Origin: an uncultured delta proteobacterium
GTDB lineage: Bacteria > Desulfobacterota > BSN033 > UBA1163
Assembly (NCBI GenBank): GCA_963827685.1
Contig: CAWHBU010000005.1
Span: 128,001 to 192,000, forward strand
Direction: 5' to 3'
Length of the DNA: 64,000 bases
Positions 10,388 to 19,689 of this stretch are shown here, one piece after another. The position numbers and the translations under genes are program-made. Below the pieces are notes generated by a model. It was not told where the DNA came from and searched no databases. It was given only the letters and a program-made list of their open reading frames with translations. Positions within the stretch are counted from its first letter, which is position 1. Each line of letters starts with the position of its first letter.

Positions 10388-11092
10388 CTAACCTCCAAGG
10401 TAGGTCTTCTTAACTCGTTCATCACTCAGAAACTCCTTTGCAGAACCCTCCAAAACAATTTTACCCGTCTCCATCACATAGGCACGATTCGCAATGCTTA
10501 GTGCCATATTCGCATTTTGTTCTATGAGTAAGACCGTGATTCCTTCTTTTTGGATTCTCTCAATAATATTCAGTATTTCCTTGACAAGCAATGGGGCAAG
10601 GCCAGCGGACGGCTCATCGAGCAAAAGCAGTTTCGGCCGTGACATGAGAGCACGACCCATTGCTAACATCTGTTGTTCGCCACCGCTGAGCGTGCCAGCC
10701 AGCTGTTGTCTCCTTTCTTTGAGTAAGGGAAAACTTCGATAAACTACCTCGAAATCTTCGTCGATGGTTTTTTGGCCTTTGACCGTGTAGGCCCCCATTT
10801 CGAGATTCTCTCGAACGGTCATTCGGGCAAAAATTTGACGGCCCTCTGGGCATTGCGAGATGCCATATCGAACGATGATATCAGGAGAAAGTCCACCGAT
10901 CTGATTTTCCATGAAGGTGATTTTGCCTGAGGAAGGAGCAAGCAAACCCGAAATGGTCCTCAGGGTGGTCGTTTTGCCCGCTCCGTTGGCACCCAGAAGG
11001 GTAACGATTTCCCCCTCCCTCACATCCATGGAAATATCAAAAAGGGCCTGCGTACGTTTATAAAACGTGCTGATCTTATCTATATCCAACAT
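10388..11092 (-). CDS. livF: LIV-type ABC ATP-binding subunit (LivF-like)
   Basis: GANGAGKTT, LSGGEQQM. Confidence 0.92.
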   Translation of the reverse strand: MLDIDKISTFYKRTQALFDISMDVREGEIVTLLGANGAGKTTTLRTISGLLAPSSGKITFMENQIGGLSPDIIVRYGISQCPEGRQIFARMTVRENLEMGAYTVKGQKTIDEDFEVVYRSFPLLKERRQQLAGTLSGGEQQMLAMGRALMSRPKLLLLDEPSAGLAPLLVKEILNIIERIQKEGITVLLIEQNANMALSIANRAYVMETGKIVLEGSAKEFLSDERVKKTYLGG

Positions 11093-11095
11093 CTC

Positions 11096-11860
11096 TTACC
11101 AACCCGCGCCACCCAGATAGGCCCGGATGACCTCTTCGTTTTCTTGAATCTCCCTCGGCTTGCCCTCCGCGATCTTCTTCCCGTAATTCAAAACGACAAT
11201 CCGGTCGGAAATACCCATGACCATGCCCATGTCATGCTCGACGAGAAGGATTGTGATCCCGTTGGATCGGATCTTTTTGATGAGTTCCATCACACGATCT
11301 TTTTCGGAAGGATTCATCCCCGTGGCAGGTTCGTCCAAGAGAAGAAGATTCGGCTCCCCTGCCAGGGCGACAGCGATTTCTAATAATCTTTGCTCGCCGG
11401 AGGGAAGGTTTCGAGCCATTTCAGCCTTTCGATGGGCAAGGCCGACAAAATCAAGAATGGCTTCTACTTTCTCCTTACTCTTTTTCTCTTCCATCCGAAC
11501 ATCATTCGTATTGAAAATAATCTTCAAGAATCCGCCTTTTGTTCGGGAGTGTCTGCCCATCATCACTCCGTCAAAAACGGAGACTGAGGAGAAAATGTTG
11601 GTCTTCTGAAAAGTTCGAATGAGTCCTTTAGAAGCAATTTGGTGAGGTGGGAGCCTGACAATATCTTCCCTGCTGTATATGACTTGACCATGGGTCGGAG
11701 AGAGGAATCCTGTGATGATATTGAAGGCTGTCGTCTTCCCTGCACCATTTGGACCTATGAGAGCGACGATCTCTTCTTCGGCCACATGGAAACTAAGGTC
11801 ATAGAGGGCCACTAAACCTCCAAACTGAATCGTTAGTTGTTTGAGCTCAAGGTCCGCCAT
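11096..11860 (-). CDS. livG: LIV-type ABC ATP-binding subunit (LivG-like)
   Basis: GPNGAGKTT, VEHDM, VIRAYLG. Confidence 0.92.
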   Translation of the reverse strand: MADLELKQLTIQFGGLVALYDLSFHVAEEEIVALIGPNGAGKTTAFNIITGFLSPTHGQVIYSREDIVRLPPHQIASKGLIRTFQKTNIFSSVSVFDGVMMGRHSRTKGGFLKIIFNTNDVRMEEKKSKEKVEAILDFVGLAHRKAEMARNLPSGEQRLLEIAVALAGEPNLLLLDEPATGMNPSEKDRVMELIKKIRSNGITILLVEHDMGMVMGISDRIVVLNYGKKIAEGKPREIQENEEVIRAYLGGAGW

Positions 11861-12843
11861 AATCTCATCTTCCAGCTTTCAAGAGCATTGGAAATAGGCA
11901 TCAATTTGTAGATAATCCCATCAGGGATGTAGAGAGTGACAATGACCAGAAGAAACCCGAAGATAGGTAACCGGTACATCGCCGCCATCCGGAGAAACTC
12001 TGGCAATATAGAGATAATGATCGCACCCAGAATGGGACCACTAATGGTGCCCTTGCCTCCGATGGCGATCATTAACAACATCGTGATCATACTATAAAAA
12101 CCAAACATATCAGGGGTCACCAGGTTGAGATAGTGCGCTTGGAAACTTCCGGCCACCCCGGCATAGATGCTCGAGATGACAAAGGCAAAGAGGCTATAGC
12201 CAAAAGTGTTGACCCCCATCGATTTTGCCAGTTCTTCATTCTCGCGGATCGCGATGAAAGCTCTCCCGATGCGAGAGTGAATCAGCCGGTATTCCACATA
12301 GAGACCAACAAAAACCATTACTAAAACAAGATAGTAATATTGCATCTTAGTCTGAAATGTAAAATTCCATAATCCAGGAATATAAAGTGTGGGAGAGGGA
12401 ATGCCTGGCATCCCCATGGGACCTCCAGTGAGGTCCACCCAATTGATGCAGACGAGCTCCATGATCAGAGCGAAAGCAAGGGTCACGATTACGAAATAAT
12501 GACTCCGCAGTCTCAAGCAGACTGCCCCTATGAGAAAACCTGCTATCCCGGCTAAAAGAGCGGCTGCTGTCAAGCAGGGAAGATAGGAAAGATGATAGTT
12601 CTTCATTAAGAAGGCTGAGGTATACCCCCCGATGCCCAAGAATGCCTGCTGCCCAAGGCTCAGGGCTCCTGTATAGCCAATGATGATATTTAATCCTGTT
12701 ACTAAAATGATGAAAAACCCTGTATCGATAAGGATATGCATCAGATAACCGCTTTCTACAAAAAGCGGCGCTGTGAAGGCTAAGAAAATTCCAACCCAGT
12801 GAACGAGCTTAAGCTGTTTTAGGCAACCCACGTTACTCTCCAA
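11833..12843 (-). CDS. livM: LIV-type ABC permease (LivM-like)
   Basis: LNIIIGYTG.LSLG, LRLRSHYF, AIRENE. Confidence 0.9.
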   Translation of the reverse strand: MESNVGCLKQLKLVHWVGIFLAFTAPLFVESGYLMHILIDTGFFIILVTGLNIIIGYTGALSLGQQAFLGIGGYTSAFLMKNYHLSYLPCLTAAALLAGIAGFLIGAVCLRLRSHYFVIVTLAFALIMELVCINWVDLTGGPMGMPGIPSPTLYIPGLWNFTFQTKMQYYYLVLVMVFVGLYVEYRLIHSRIGRAFIAIRENEELAKSMGVNTFGYSLFAFVISSIYAGVAGSFQAHYLNLVTPDMFGFYSMITMLLMIAIGGKGTISGPILGAIIISILPEFLRMAAMYRLPIFGFLLVIVTLYIPDGIIYKLMPISNALESWKMRLWRTLSSNN

Positions 12844-13693
12844 AAAGTCCTTGCGGCCTAAAGAGGAGGACTAAGATGACAATGACGAAGCCTACTGCAT
12901 CCTTATAACCGGTTGAGATAAAACCAGCCCCTAAACTTTCGGAGATCCCGAGAATGATGCCACTGAAAAATGCTCCGACAAAGTTGCCCATCCCTCCCAT
13001 GATTACTATGATGAATGCCTTCAAGACAGCCAATTCACCCATAGTCGGATAGACAAGATAAATCGTTCCCAATAGAATGCCGGCCATGCCTGCCACGACT
13101 GAACCGATGGCAAAGGTATAGAGGTAGATGCGGTCAATCCGAATCCCCATCAGGGCAGCTGCATCCTTATTTTCAAAGGTAGCTCGCATTGCTTTCCCGA
13201 GTTTAGTCTTTCTAATAAGGTAGTGAAGAAGGATGATGACGCCGATGGTAAGCAAAAGAGCAAATATTCTGGGTTGGGTGACATAGACGTATCCTAATTT
13301 TAACGAGGCAGGGGGGAAGGGATTAGGTATTTTTTTGGGCACACCGCCCCATATGACTAACGCCGTATTTTTAAGGAAGATAGAAAGACCAATGGTCACG
13401 AGGGCTGTCATGAGAATCGGAGCATTACGTATGGGCTTGATGGTGAGACGCTCGATGATCCCTCCAAAAACCAGAACTCCACCCATCCCCAATAAGATCG
13501 AGAGGAAATAGTTCACTTGAAGAATTGCAACGAGGCTATAAACAAAAAAGGCTCCTAACATGTATAGTTCACCATGGGCAAAATTCACTACATTCATGAG
13601 GCCGAAGATCAGGGTTAGTCCTACCCCCATCAATCCATAGGCCGATCCAATGATCGCGCCATTAAACATGTGGGTGACAAACTGTTCAAACAT
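12833..13693 (-). CDS. livH: LIV-type ABC permease (LivH-like)
   Basis: GLTLIFGLMNVVNFAHGE, RPQGLFG. Confidence 0.92.
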   Translation of the reverse strand: MFEQFVTHMFNGAIIGSAYGLMGVGLTLIFGLMNVVNFAHGELYMLGAFFVYSLVAILQVNYFLSILLGMGGVLVFGGIIERLTIKPIRNAPILMTALVTIGLSIFLKNTALVIWGGVPKKIPNPFPPASLKLGYVYVTQPRIFALLLTIGVIILLHYLIRKTKLGKAMRATFENKDAAALMGIRIDRIYLYTFAIGSVVAGMAGILLGTIYLVYPTMGELAVLKAFIIVIMGGMGNFVGAFFSGIILGISESLGAGFISTGYKDAVGFVIVILVLLFRPQGLFGE

Positions 13694-13707
13694 AAGATCT
13701 CCTACTT

Positions 13708-13740
13708 AAAGAGGCTATGGCAGGGGGCCATAGCCTCTTT
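13708..13740. terminator. Perfect 14-bp stem-loop between SBP and permease (partial terminator or mRNA stabiliser)
   Basis: AAAGAGGCTATGGC-AGGGG-GCCATAGCCTCTTT. Confidence 0.7.
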
Positions 13741-13743
13741 GCT

Positions 13744-14874
13744 CTAATCAGCAGGGACATGTCTCAAGACTTGTACTTTCCCCTCCTTGATCTGAGTAAC
13801 TACAACATAAGCAATTCCGCGGTGCCGCTCATCAAAGCGGAAATTCACGCCATGGAGAGTATCCATCCTAGTCTTTTCAATAGCACTCGTTAGCTTTTCT
13901 GGATCAGTTCCTCCGGCCCGCTTCACCGCATCAGCGATAATAATCACAGCGTCATAGCCAGCGGCTGGATATTTACCTGGGGTTCCAAGCTGTGGATACC
14001 GAGCCATATAGTCTTTTACAAAAGCGACATTTAGAGTGTCCTGAATCCCTGGAGCCCATTCAGCGCCTCCATAGATCCCTTCGCTATCCGCTCCGGCCAG
14101 TTTAATGAAGTGCGACTCCACAATGGCCCCCGTCGCAAGGGTGGGCTTTTTCAGTCCCTGCTCCCTCATCTGTTTAATGAGCAAGGCTCCATCTTGTGCT
14201 TCAGCGACAATGAACATAGCATCAGGCTTGACCCCCTTCACTTTTGTAATGAAAGGTAAGTAATCGGTTTCGCCATGGGAAAATAGATCTTTACTCAGAA
14301 TCTTCACCCCAGACCCTTCAAAAAGGTCGCCAAAGTCTTTAGTGGCATTCCGTCCCCAGTCATCGTTTACTGCAAGGATGCATACAGTTTTCACTTTGTT
14401 TGTATCGACGAAGAATTTCACTGAGGCCTTGGCAAGAGCTCTTTCTCCCGGGGGCATCCGGAAGTAATACTTAATTGGATCTTCTAAAAGCTTAGGAGAG
14501 GTGGAGATGGCATTGACCATGGGAATTCCATATTTCATGGCAACCGGTTTTGCAGCCAAACTCGCTGTGCTGCAAAAAGCACCAATGAAGACAGGAACTT
14601 TATCCTTAGCAATCAGTTTCTCCGCCGCCGCTCTTGTTTCGTTGGGTTTACACATCCCATCCTCAACAACTAATTCAATCTTTCTTCCAAGAATACCGCC
14701 CTTTGCATTGATTTGCTCTACAGCCAGCTTAGCCCCATTAACCGCCGCTTGTCCATCGAGGGCAATAGAACCTGTCAGCGGCTGGATGATCCCTATTCGA
14801 ATTGGCTCCTGGGCAAAACTGGTTTGAATAACGAAAAGAAATGCGATAGATGAAAGAACAATAAGTTTTTTCAT
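13744..14874 (-). CDS. LIV-type ABC substrate-binding protein
   Basis: Signal peptide, IRIG...PLTG, INAKGGILGRKIELVVED. Confidence 0.92.
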   Translation of the reverse strand: MKKLIVLSSIAFLFVIQTSFAQEPIRIGIIQPLTGSIALDGQAAVNGAKLAVEQINAKGGILGRKIELVVEDGMCKPNETRAAAEKLIAKDKVPVFIGAFCSTASLAAKPVAMKYGIPMVNAISTSPKLLEDPIKYYFRMPPGERALAKASVKFFVDTNKVKTVCILAVNDDWGRNATKDFGDLFEGSGVKILSKDLFSHGETDYLPFITKVKGVKPDAMFIVAEAQDGALLIKQMREQGLKKPTLATGAIVESHFIKLAGADSEGIYGGAEWAPGIQDTLNVAFVKDYMARYPQLGTPGKYPAAGYDAVIIIADAVKRAGGTDPEKLTSAIEKTRMDTLHGVNFRFDERHRGIAYVVVTQIKEGKVQVLRHVPAD

Positions 14875-15024
14875 TGGCAGACCCCCTTCCTTTTTAATGG
14901 AATCAATAACATTTAAAGAGATAAATAAAGATTCAGAGTGTGTTTTCCCTCCTCTTCATCTCCGTCTAACCAAAAAGGAGTTGATTGATATCGAACAGGC
15001 TAAACCCTTGCTCACCTCCCTTCC

Positions 15025-15573
15025 TTAAAAAGTGGGTGGACTCACCACCCATATCACGACCGCCCTCTTTTTGCCAGAGTTCGACCAGCTATGAGGCTCT
15101 TGGGATGAAAAATAAAAACTTTCGTTCTTTTTCACTCGATAGGGTTTCCCATTCAAATTGATCTCCAGTTCTCCCTGCAGGACAATCCCAAATTCTTCTC
15201 CGATATGGGAATAAGGCCCTTTTGATCCACCCCTGGGCTCAATCGTGGTATAAAAGGGCTGCATCCGTTTATTCTGGATACTCCGGACAAGCATCTGAAT
15301 CTTTGCATCCCCACGTTTAAAGCGAATGTTTACCCTCTCCCCTTCTTTGCAGACCACATCGTTCTCCTCGGTCTCTGGCTCGAGGAAAAAATCAACCACC
15401 TTCACCTGAAGGGCGGAGGCAATCTTTTTTAGAATCATGATAGAAGGGTTTGCGCGCCCCCGTTCCAGTTGGGAGAGGAAGGCGTCTGTGCAACCAGCCT
15501 TGCTGGCCAGTTGTTTGAGGGTCATTCGGTTTGCCAAGCGGAAGACTTTGAGTTTTTCGGCAATCTCTTTCAT
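15025..15573 (-). CDS. XRE-family HTH + cupin regulator (copy 2, protein identical to copy 1)
   Basis: Same 182-aa translation as 4918-5466. Confidence 0.93.
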   Translation of the reverse strand: MKEIAEKLKVFRLANRMTLKQLASKAGCTDAFLSQLERGRANPSIMILKKIASALQVKVVDFFLEPETEENDVVCKEGERVNIRFKRGDAKIQMLVRSIQNKRMQPFYTTIEPRGGSKGPYSHIGEEFGIVLQGELEINLNGKPYRVKKNESFYFSSQEPHSWSNSGKKRAVVIWVVSPPTF

Positions 15574-15637
15574 CGGAGAGAAGTTAAATATAATTTAACC
15601 TAATTAACAAATACTTAATATCTAAAAATTTGTCAAG
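15025..15637. repeat. ~613-bp direct repeat, copy 2
   Basis: Matches 4918-5530 through the upstream TTGTCAAG. Confidence 0.95.
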
Positions 15638-15669
15638 CAGAAAATTCATCGAAGTTGGATGAAGGAAAT

Positions 15670-16401
15670 CTATTTTTTTGACAGCGTATAATCCAATTTA
15701 ATATTGGAAAGAGCACGGAAGATATTTCCTTTGACACGACGTTCTTTCTTGCTCAAAGTCTCAATCAAGTCTTTTACCACTTTTCTTTTCGTCTTTCCGG
15801 AGCTCGGACAACCGCTCGGGGCAAAAGGCAATCCCATTTCCCGGGCAAATCTCTCAATTTTCTTTTCCTCCAAAAGAGCTAAAGGCCGAATAAGGGCGAG
15901 CTTCCCTTTAAACAAGCTCTGAAGAGGAAGCATCGTGCTGATCTCAGCGCTGTAAAAAATATTAAGAAGAAGGGTCTCGATGATATCGTCCTGGTGATGG
16001 CCAAGGGCAATCTTGTTACATTTGAAACGATGAGCAAGGTGGAAGAGGCGCTTTCTCCTCTCCCAGGAGCAGAGGAAACAGGGGTTTTCTCGATTCTCTG
16101 CGCTGTTCGCTCTTCTCCCGATATCGGTAACCTCAATGTGGTAAGATAGCCCTTTCGTTTCAAAAAAATTCTCCAGGGTTTCCGTTCGCCCGGAATCAAA
16201 GCCGAGGTCAATGTAAACCGGCATGAGTTCGTAACGGATCGGGACGCGCTTGCTTCGTTCATGGAGAAGGTGGAGCAATGTCAGGCTATCCTTTCCGCCA
16301 GAGACCCCCACCAGAATGCGGTCTCCCTCCTGGATCAAACCATAACGGTGGATGGCCTTTCCCATCAAGCTTCGAATCTCTTTTTGCCAGTAGTCCCCCA
16401 T
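15670..16401 (-). CDS. ttcA: tRNA 2-thiocytidine biosynthesis TtcA-family protein
   Basis: PP-loop SGGKDS, PCFLC, ALGHHQDD, IRPL. Confidence 0.85.
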   Translation of the reverse strand: MGDYWQKEIRSLMGKAIHRYGLIQEGDRILVGVSGGKDSLTLLHLLHERSKRVPIRYELMPVYIDLGFDSGRTETLENFFETKGLSYHIEVTDIGRRANSAENRENPCFLCSWERRKRLFHLAHRFKCNKIALGHHQDDIIETLLLNIFYSAEISTMLPLQSLFKGKLALIRPLALLEEKKIERFAREMGLPFAPSGCPSSGKTKRKVVKDLIETLSKKERRVKGNIFRALSNIKLDYTLSKK

Positions 16402-16429
16402 GTGACCTCACCGCTGAAAACCCAATATA

Positions 16430-16519
16430 TCCCCTCCCCCTTGATGGGGGAGGGGGGGGTGGGGGTGAAAAAGAGTTTATCTCCCCCTCCCCTCCATCCC
16501 CTCCCGCCAAGGGAGGGGA
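16430..16519. repeat. Inverted doublet of CCCCTCCCCC..GGGGGAGGG REP-like palindromes
   Basis: CCCCTCCCCCTTGATGGGGGAGGGG-GGGGTGGGGGTG ... CCCCCTCCCCTCCATCCCCTCCCGCCAAGGGAGGGG; related unit at 22968-23170. Confidence 0.8.
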
Positions 16520-16533
16520 AAGTTTTTAGAATC

Positions 16534-16596
16534 TGTAGCGTCGGTATTTATTGCTGACGAAATCGTTTGTCGCCTCCAGTCAATGGAGGCGCTACA
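16534..16596. repeat. GTAG-class REP-like element with two internal hairpins
   Basis: TGTAGCG...CGCTACA termini; GTCGGTA/TGCTGAC and GCCTCCA/TGGAGGC stems. Confidence 0.65.
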
Positions 16597-16609
16597 TTTC
16601 CATAAGACC

Positions 16610-17272
16610 TCACTCGACCCCTTGACCCCTCGGCCCCTCGAACCCTTTCAACGGACAGATATCACATCTCGGCGTCTTTTTACACACCATTTTTCCCACA
16701 TGAACGATGAGGGCATGATATTCGTTGAACAATTCTTCGTCAAGGGGAAGATGATCCATAAGGAGTTTCTGGATTTCCTCGTAAGAGGCTTCCTCTGAAA
16801 TGACTCCATGTCGAGAAAGGACCCTTTTCGTATAAGCATCGACAACGAAAATAGGTTTCTTCAAGGCATAGAGGAGGATGCTATCCGCTGTTTCGGGTCC
16901 GATTCCCTTGACTCCGAGAAGCTTTTTCCTCAACTCTACCAGCCCCTCTCTCTTCATTCTCTTTAAATCCCCGCCATATTCTTCAAATAAGAAGTCTATA
17001 AACGACTTCAATCGATCGGCTTTGATTCGGTAGTAACCTGACGATTTGATCAGCGAGGCGAGTTGTGAACGTTTAAGGTGATAGATCCCTTCCGGATTTA
17101 ATACCCTTCTCCCTTTTAGCTTCTGAATTGCTTTCTCCACATTTCTCCAGGAGGTATTTTGTGTGAGGATCGCTCCAACCATCACCTCAAAAGAAGTCTC
17201 ACCAGGCCACCAATTTCGGGAACCGTAAGTCCGGTTAAGTTTGCGGTAGATTTTCATTAAAATTTTCTTCAT
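16610..17272 (-). CDS. Endonuclease III-related HhH-GPD DNA glycosylase
   Basis: GAILTQNTSW, HhH GIGPETAD, VVDAY, CKKTPRCDIC. Confidence 0.9.
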   Translation of the reverse strand: MKKILMKIYRKLNRTYGSRNWWPGETSFEVMVGAILTQNTSWRNVEKAIQKLKGRRVLNPEGIYHLKRSQLASLIKSSGYYRIKADRLKSFIDFLFEEYGGDLKRMKREGLVELRKKLLGVKGIGPETADSILLYALKKPIFVVDAYTKRVLSRHGVISEEASYEEIQKLLMDHLPLDEELFNEYHALIVHVGKMVCKKTPRCDICPLKGFEGPRGQGVE

Positions 17273-17308
17273 AATGGTTTCTTGACTTCCAATTAGAATT
17301 ATCCAAAA

Positions 17309-17420
17309 GGGTCCAAGGGGTCAAGGATTCAAGGGGTCAAGCGAAAAATATGAGATGGAAAGAAGCATAATTTTTAAATTATAAACCCTTGAACCCATGA
17401 ACCCTCGAATCCTTGAACCC
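17309..17420. repeat. Inverted pair of degenerate octamer arrays
   Basis: GGGTCCAA GGGGTCAA GGATTCAA GGGGTCAA / CCCTTGAA CCCATGAA CCCTCGAA TCCTTGAA. Confidence 0.85.
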
Positions 17421-17424
17421 TTTT

Positions 17425-18555
17425 TTATTTTAGTCTTTTCTGGAACCTCAGGGAACTCAAAAGGATCATGAGTGTGCCCAAGATGCCTAATGCCAGCATC
17501 TGGGGCCAGAGGATATCCAAGCCATTCGCCTTTAAAAAGACGCCTCGAATGATGACCAGAAAATAACGCAGCGGGTTAACATAGGTCAGGTATTGGATCC
17601 ATTCTGGCATATTCTCTATCGGAAAAGCAAAACCGGATAGAGTGAAAGCAGGCATGGCGAAAAAGAAGGTGGAAATCTGAGCTTGTTGTTGAGTGGAGCA
17701 GATCGTGGAAATAAAGAGTCCGATGGCCACTGAACTCATCAGAAAAAGCACCGCACCCAATAGAAGGACGAAGGGATTTCCCCGAAGAGGAACCTCAAAC
17801 CAAAAAACTCCGATCAGGGCGATCATCATGACATCAAGAAGACCGAACAGAGCAAAGGGAAGCGTCTTCCCTAACATTAATTCCCAGGAACGGATGGGCG
17901 TGACCATGATCTGTTCAAGGGTCCCGATCTCCCTCTCCCTGACAATAGCCTGGGCGGTCAAAATGATCGGGATGAGAAAGGCAATGGAGGCAATGACCCC
18001 CGGGATATAAAAGACCCTGCTTTCGAAATTCGGGTTGAACCAGATTCGTTGCTGCAGATCTACACCTGCTTCCTCAAAGCCGGTCATGCCGGCTCGATTC
18101 AGCCTTTTTACGAGAAGTTGCGACGAGAATTCAGAAAGGATTTGGTTCGCATAGCCCAGGGCGACCAACGCCGTATTGGAATCGGTTCCATCCAGAACAA
18201 TCTGGACCGTGGCGGTGTCCCCCTTTTTCAGCTTTCTTGAAAAATCGGTTGGGATCTCGATGCTGACCGTCACATTCCCTTGATTAATAAGGTCTTTGAC
18301 TTCTTTCGGGGTATTGGGGAAAGAGACGATATCAAAATATTTTGAACTTCCAAATCTTCCGATAAGGTCCCTCGACTCAACACTCTGGTCCAGATCCCGG
18401 ATGGCTGTGCGGATATGTTTTACATCCAGATTGGCGGCATATCCAAAAATGATCAGTTGAAGAATGGGAGGAACAATCAGGGTAACCCGCATCCGTTTGT
18501 CTCTTAAGGTCTGGATTAATTCCTTGACGAAGAGATATCGGATTTTTTGGAACAT
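17425..18555 (-). CDS. ABC-2 exporter permease (YbhR-like)
   Basis: KE..Q..RD, IVREREIGTLEQ, LSGF.FPIENMP. Confidence 0.9.
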   Translation of the reverse strand: MFQKIRYLFVKELIQTLRDKRMRVTLIVPPILQLIIFGYAANLDVKHIRTAIRDLDQSVESRDLIGRFGSSKYFDIVSFPNTPKEVKDLINQGNVTVSIEIPTDFSRKLKKGDTATVQIVLDGTDSNTALVALGYANQILSEFSSQLLVKRLNRAGMTGFEEAGVDLQQRIWFNPNFESRVFYIPGVIASIAFLIPIILTAQAIVREREIGTLEQIMVTPIRSWELMLGKTLPFALFGLLDVMMIALIGVFWFEVPLRGNPFVLLLGAVLFLMSSVAIGLFISTICSTQQQAQISTFFFAMPAFTLSGFAFPIENMPEWIQYLTYVNPLRYFLVIIRGVFLKANGLDILWPQMLALGILGTLMILLSSLRFQKRLK

Positions 18556-19689
18556 TTACCTCAACTCCTTCTTAAAACTCCTGGTGGCCACCCAGAGTCC
18601 CGCCATCGCCATCACCATCAATACCAGGGTTTCACGCCAGAGAAAGGAGAAGCCCACCCCTTTCAAGAAGATCTCCTTTAGAATCGTCACATAATACCGA
18701 GGCGCAATCCCATAAGTAATGATCTGGAGCCAGGTGGGCATGTTGGCGATCGCGAAGGTGAACCCGGAGAGGAGAAACGTGGGCAGAAATCCGATGACCA
18801 TCGCCATCTGATTGGCCAGAATCTGCGTCCTGGCAAAGGTGGAGATGGTCAGGCCGAGGCCCAGAGCCACGAAAATGTAGATGCACGAGAGAGCAAAAAG
18901 CAAAGCAACACTTCCTCTCAAGGGCACCTGAAAGACCCATTTGCCCATCAGAACGGCCAATGACAAGTCTAAGAGTCCTAAGAAAAAATAGGGAAATAAC
19001 TTTCCCATCATCAGCTCTCCTTTTCGAACAGGAGTTGAGATGAGGAGTTCCATCGTCCCCTTCTCCCATTCCCGAACAATCACCTGTCCAGTAAGGAGTA
19101 CTCCGATGATCGACATGATCACCGCCACCAGCCCTGGTACGAAATAATTCTTCGACTCCAGATCTTCATTGAACCAGACCCTTGGCCGTGCTTCGATGGG
19201 GAAGTTCACACTCTGTGCTCCCATCCGCGTGACCTTCAGAATGGTCTTCTCCTGAGTGTATTGCCGGGCAATGGCCTGGGCATAACTGAGAATAATGTTG
19301 GCGGTGTTGGCATCGGCCCCGTCGATCAACACCTGAATCGGAACCACCTTCTCTGCCTTAATCGTTTTCGAAAAATCCCAGGGAAGCATCAACCCCATCT
19401 TCACCTCACCCTGGTCGATGAGCTGCTTCATCTCCCTTTCATCTCGAGCCCAAAAGCGAAGATGGAAATAGGGAGAGGCGCTGAATCGTTGGATGAAATC
19501 TAAGCTCTCCTGGGTCCGGTCTCGATCTAAGACAGCCATCGAGACCTTCTTCACATCGAGGGTAACAGCGTATCCGAAGAGGAGCATCAAGAGAGCAGGC
19601 ATAAGGATCACCAGTGCCAAGCTCCTTGGATCCCGGTAGATATGGAAAAACTCTTTTTTCGCAATGGCCCAAGTACGGGAGGAATTCAC
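18556..19689 (-). CDS. ABC-2 exporter permease (YbhS-like)
   Basis: KEF.HI.RDPRS, VREWEKGTME. Confidence 0.9.
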   Translation of the reverse strand: MNSSRTWAIAKKEFFHIYRDPRSLALVILMPALLMLLFGYAVTLDVKKVSMAVLDRDRTQESLDFIQRFSASPYFHLRFWARDEREMKQLIDQGEVKMGLMLPWDFSKTIKAEKVVPIQVLIDGADANTANIILSYAQAIARQYTQEKTILKVTRMGAQSVNFPIEARPRVWFNEDLESKNYFVPGLVAVIMSIIGVLLTGQVIVREWEKGTMELLISTPVRKGELMMGKLFPYFFLGLLDLSLAVLMGKWVFQVPLRGSVALLFALSCIYIFVALGLGLTISTFARTQILANQMAMVIGFLPTFLLSGFTFAIANMPTWLQIITYGIAPRYYVTILKEIFLKGVGFSFLWRETLVLMVMAMAGLWVATRSFKKELR

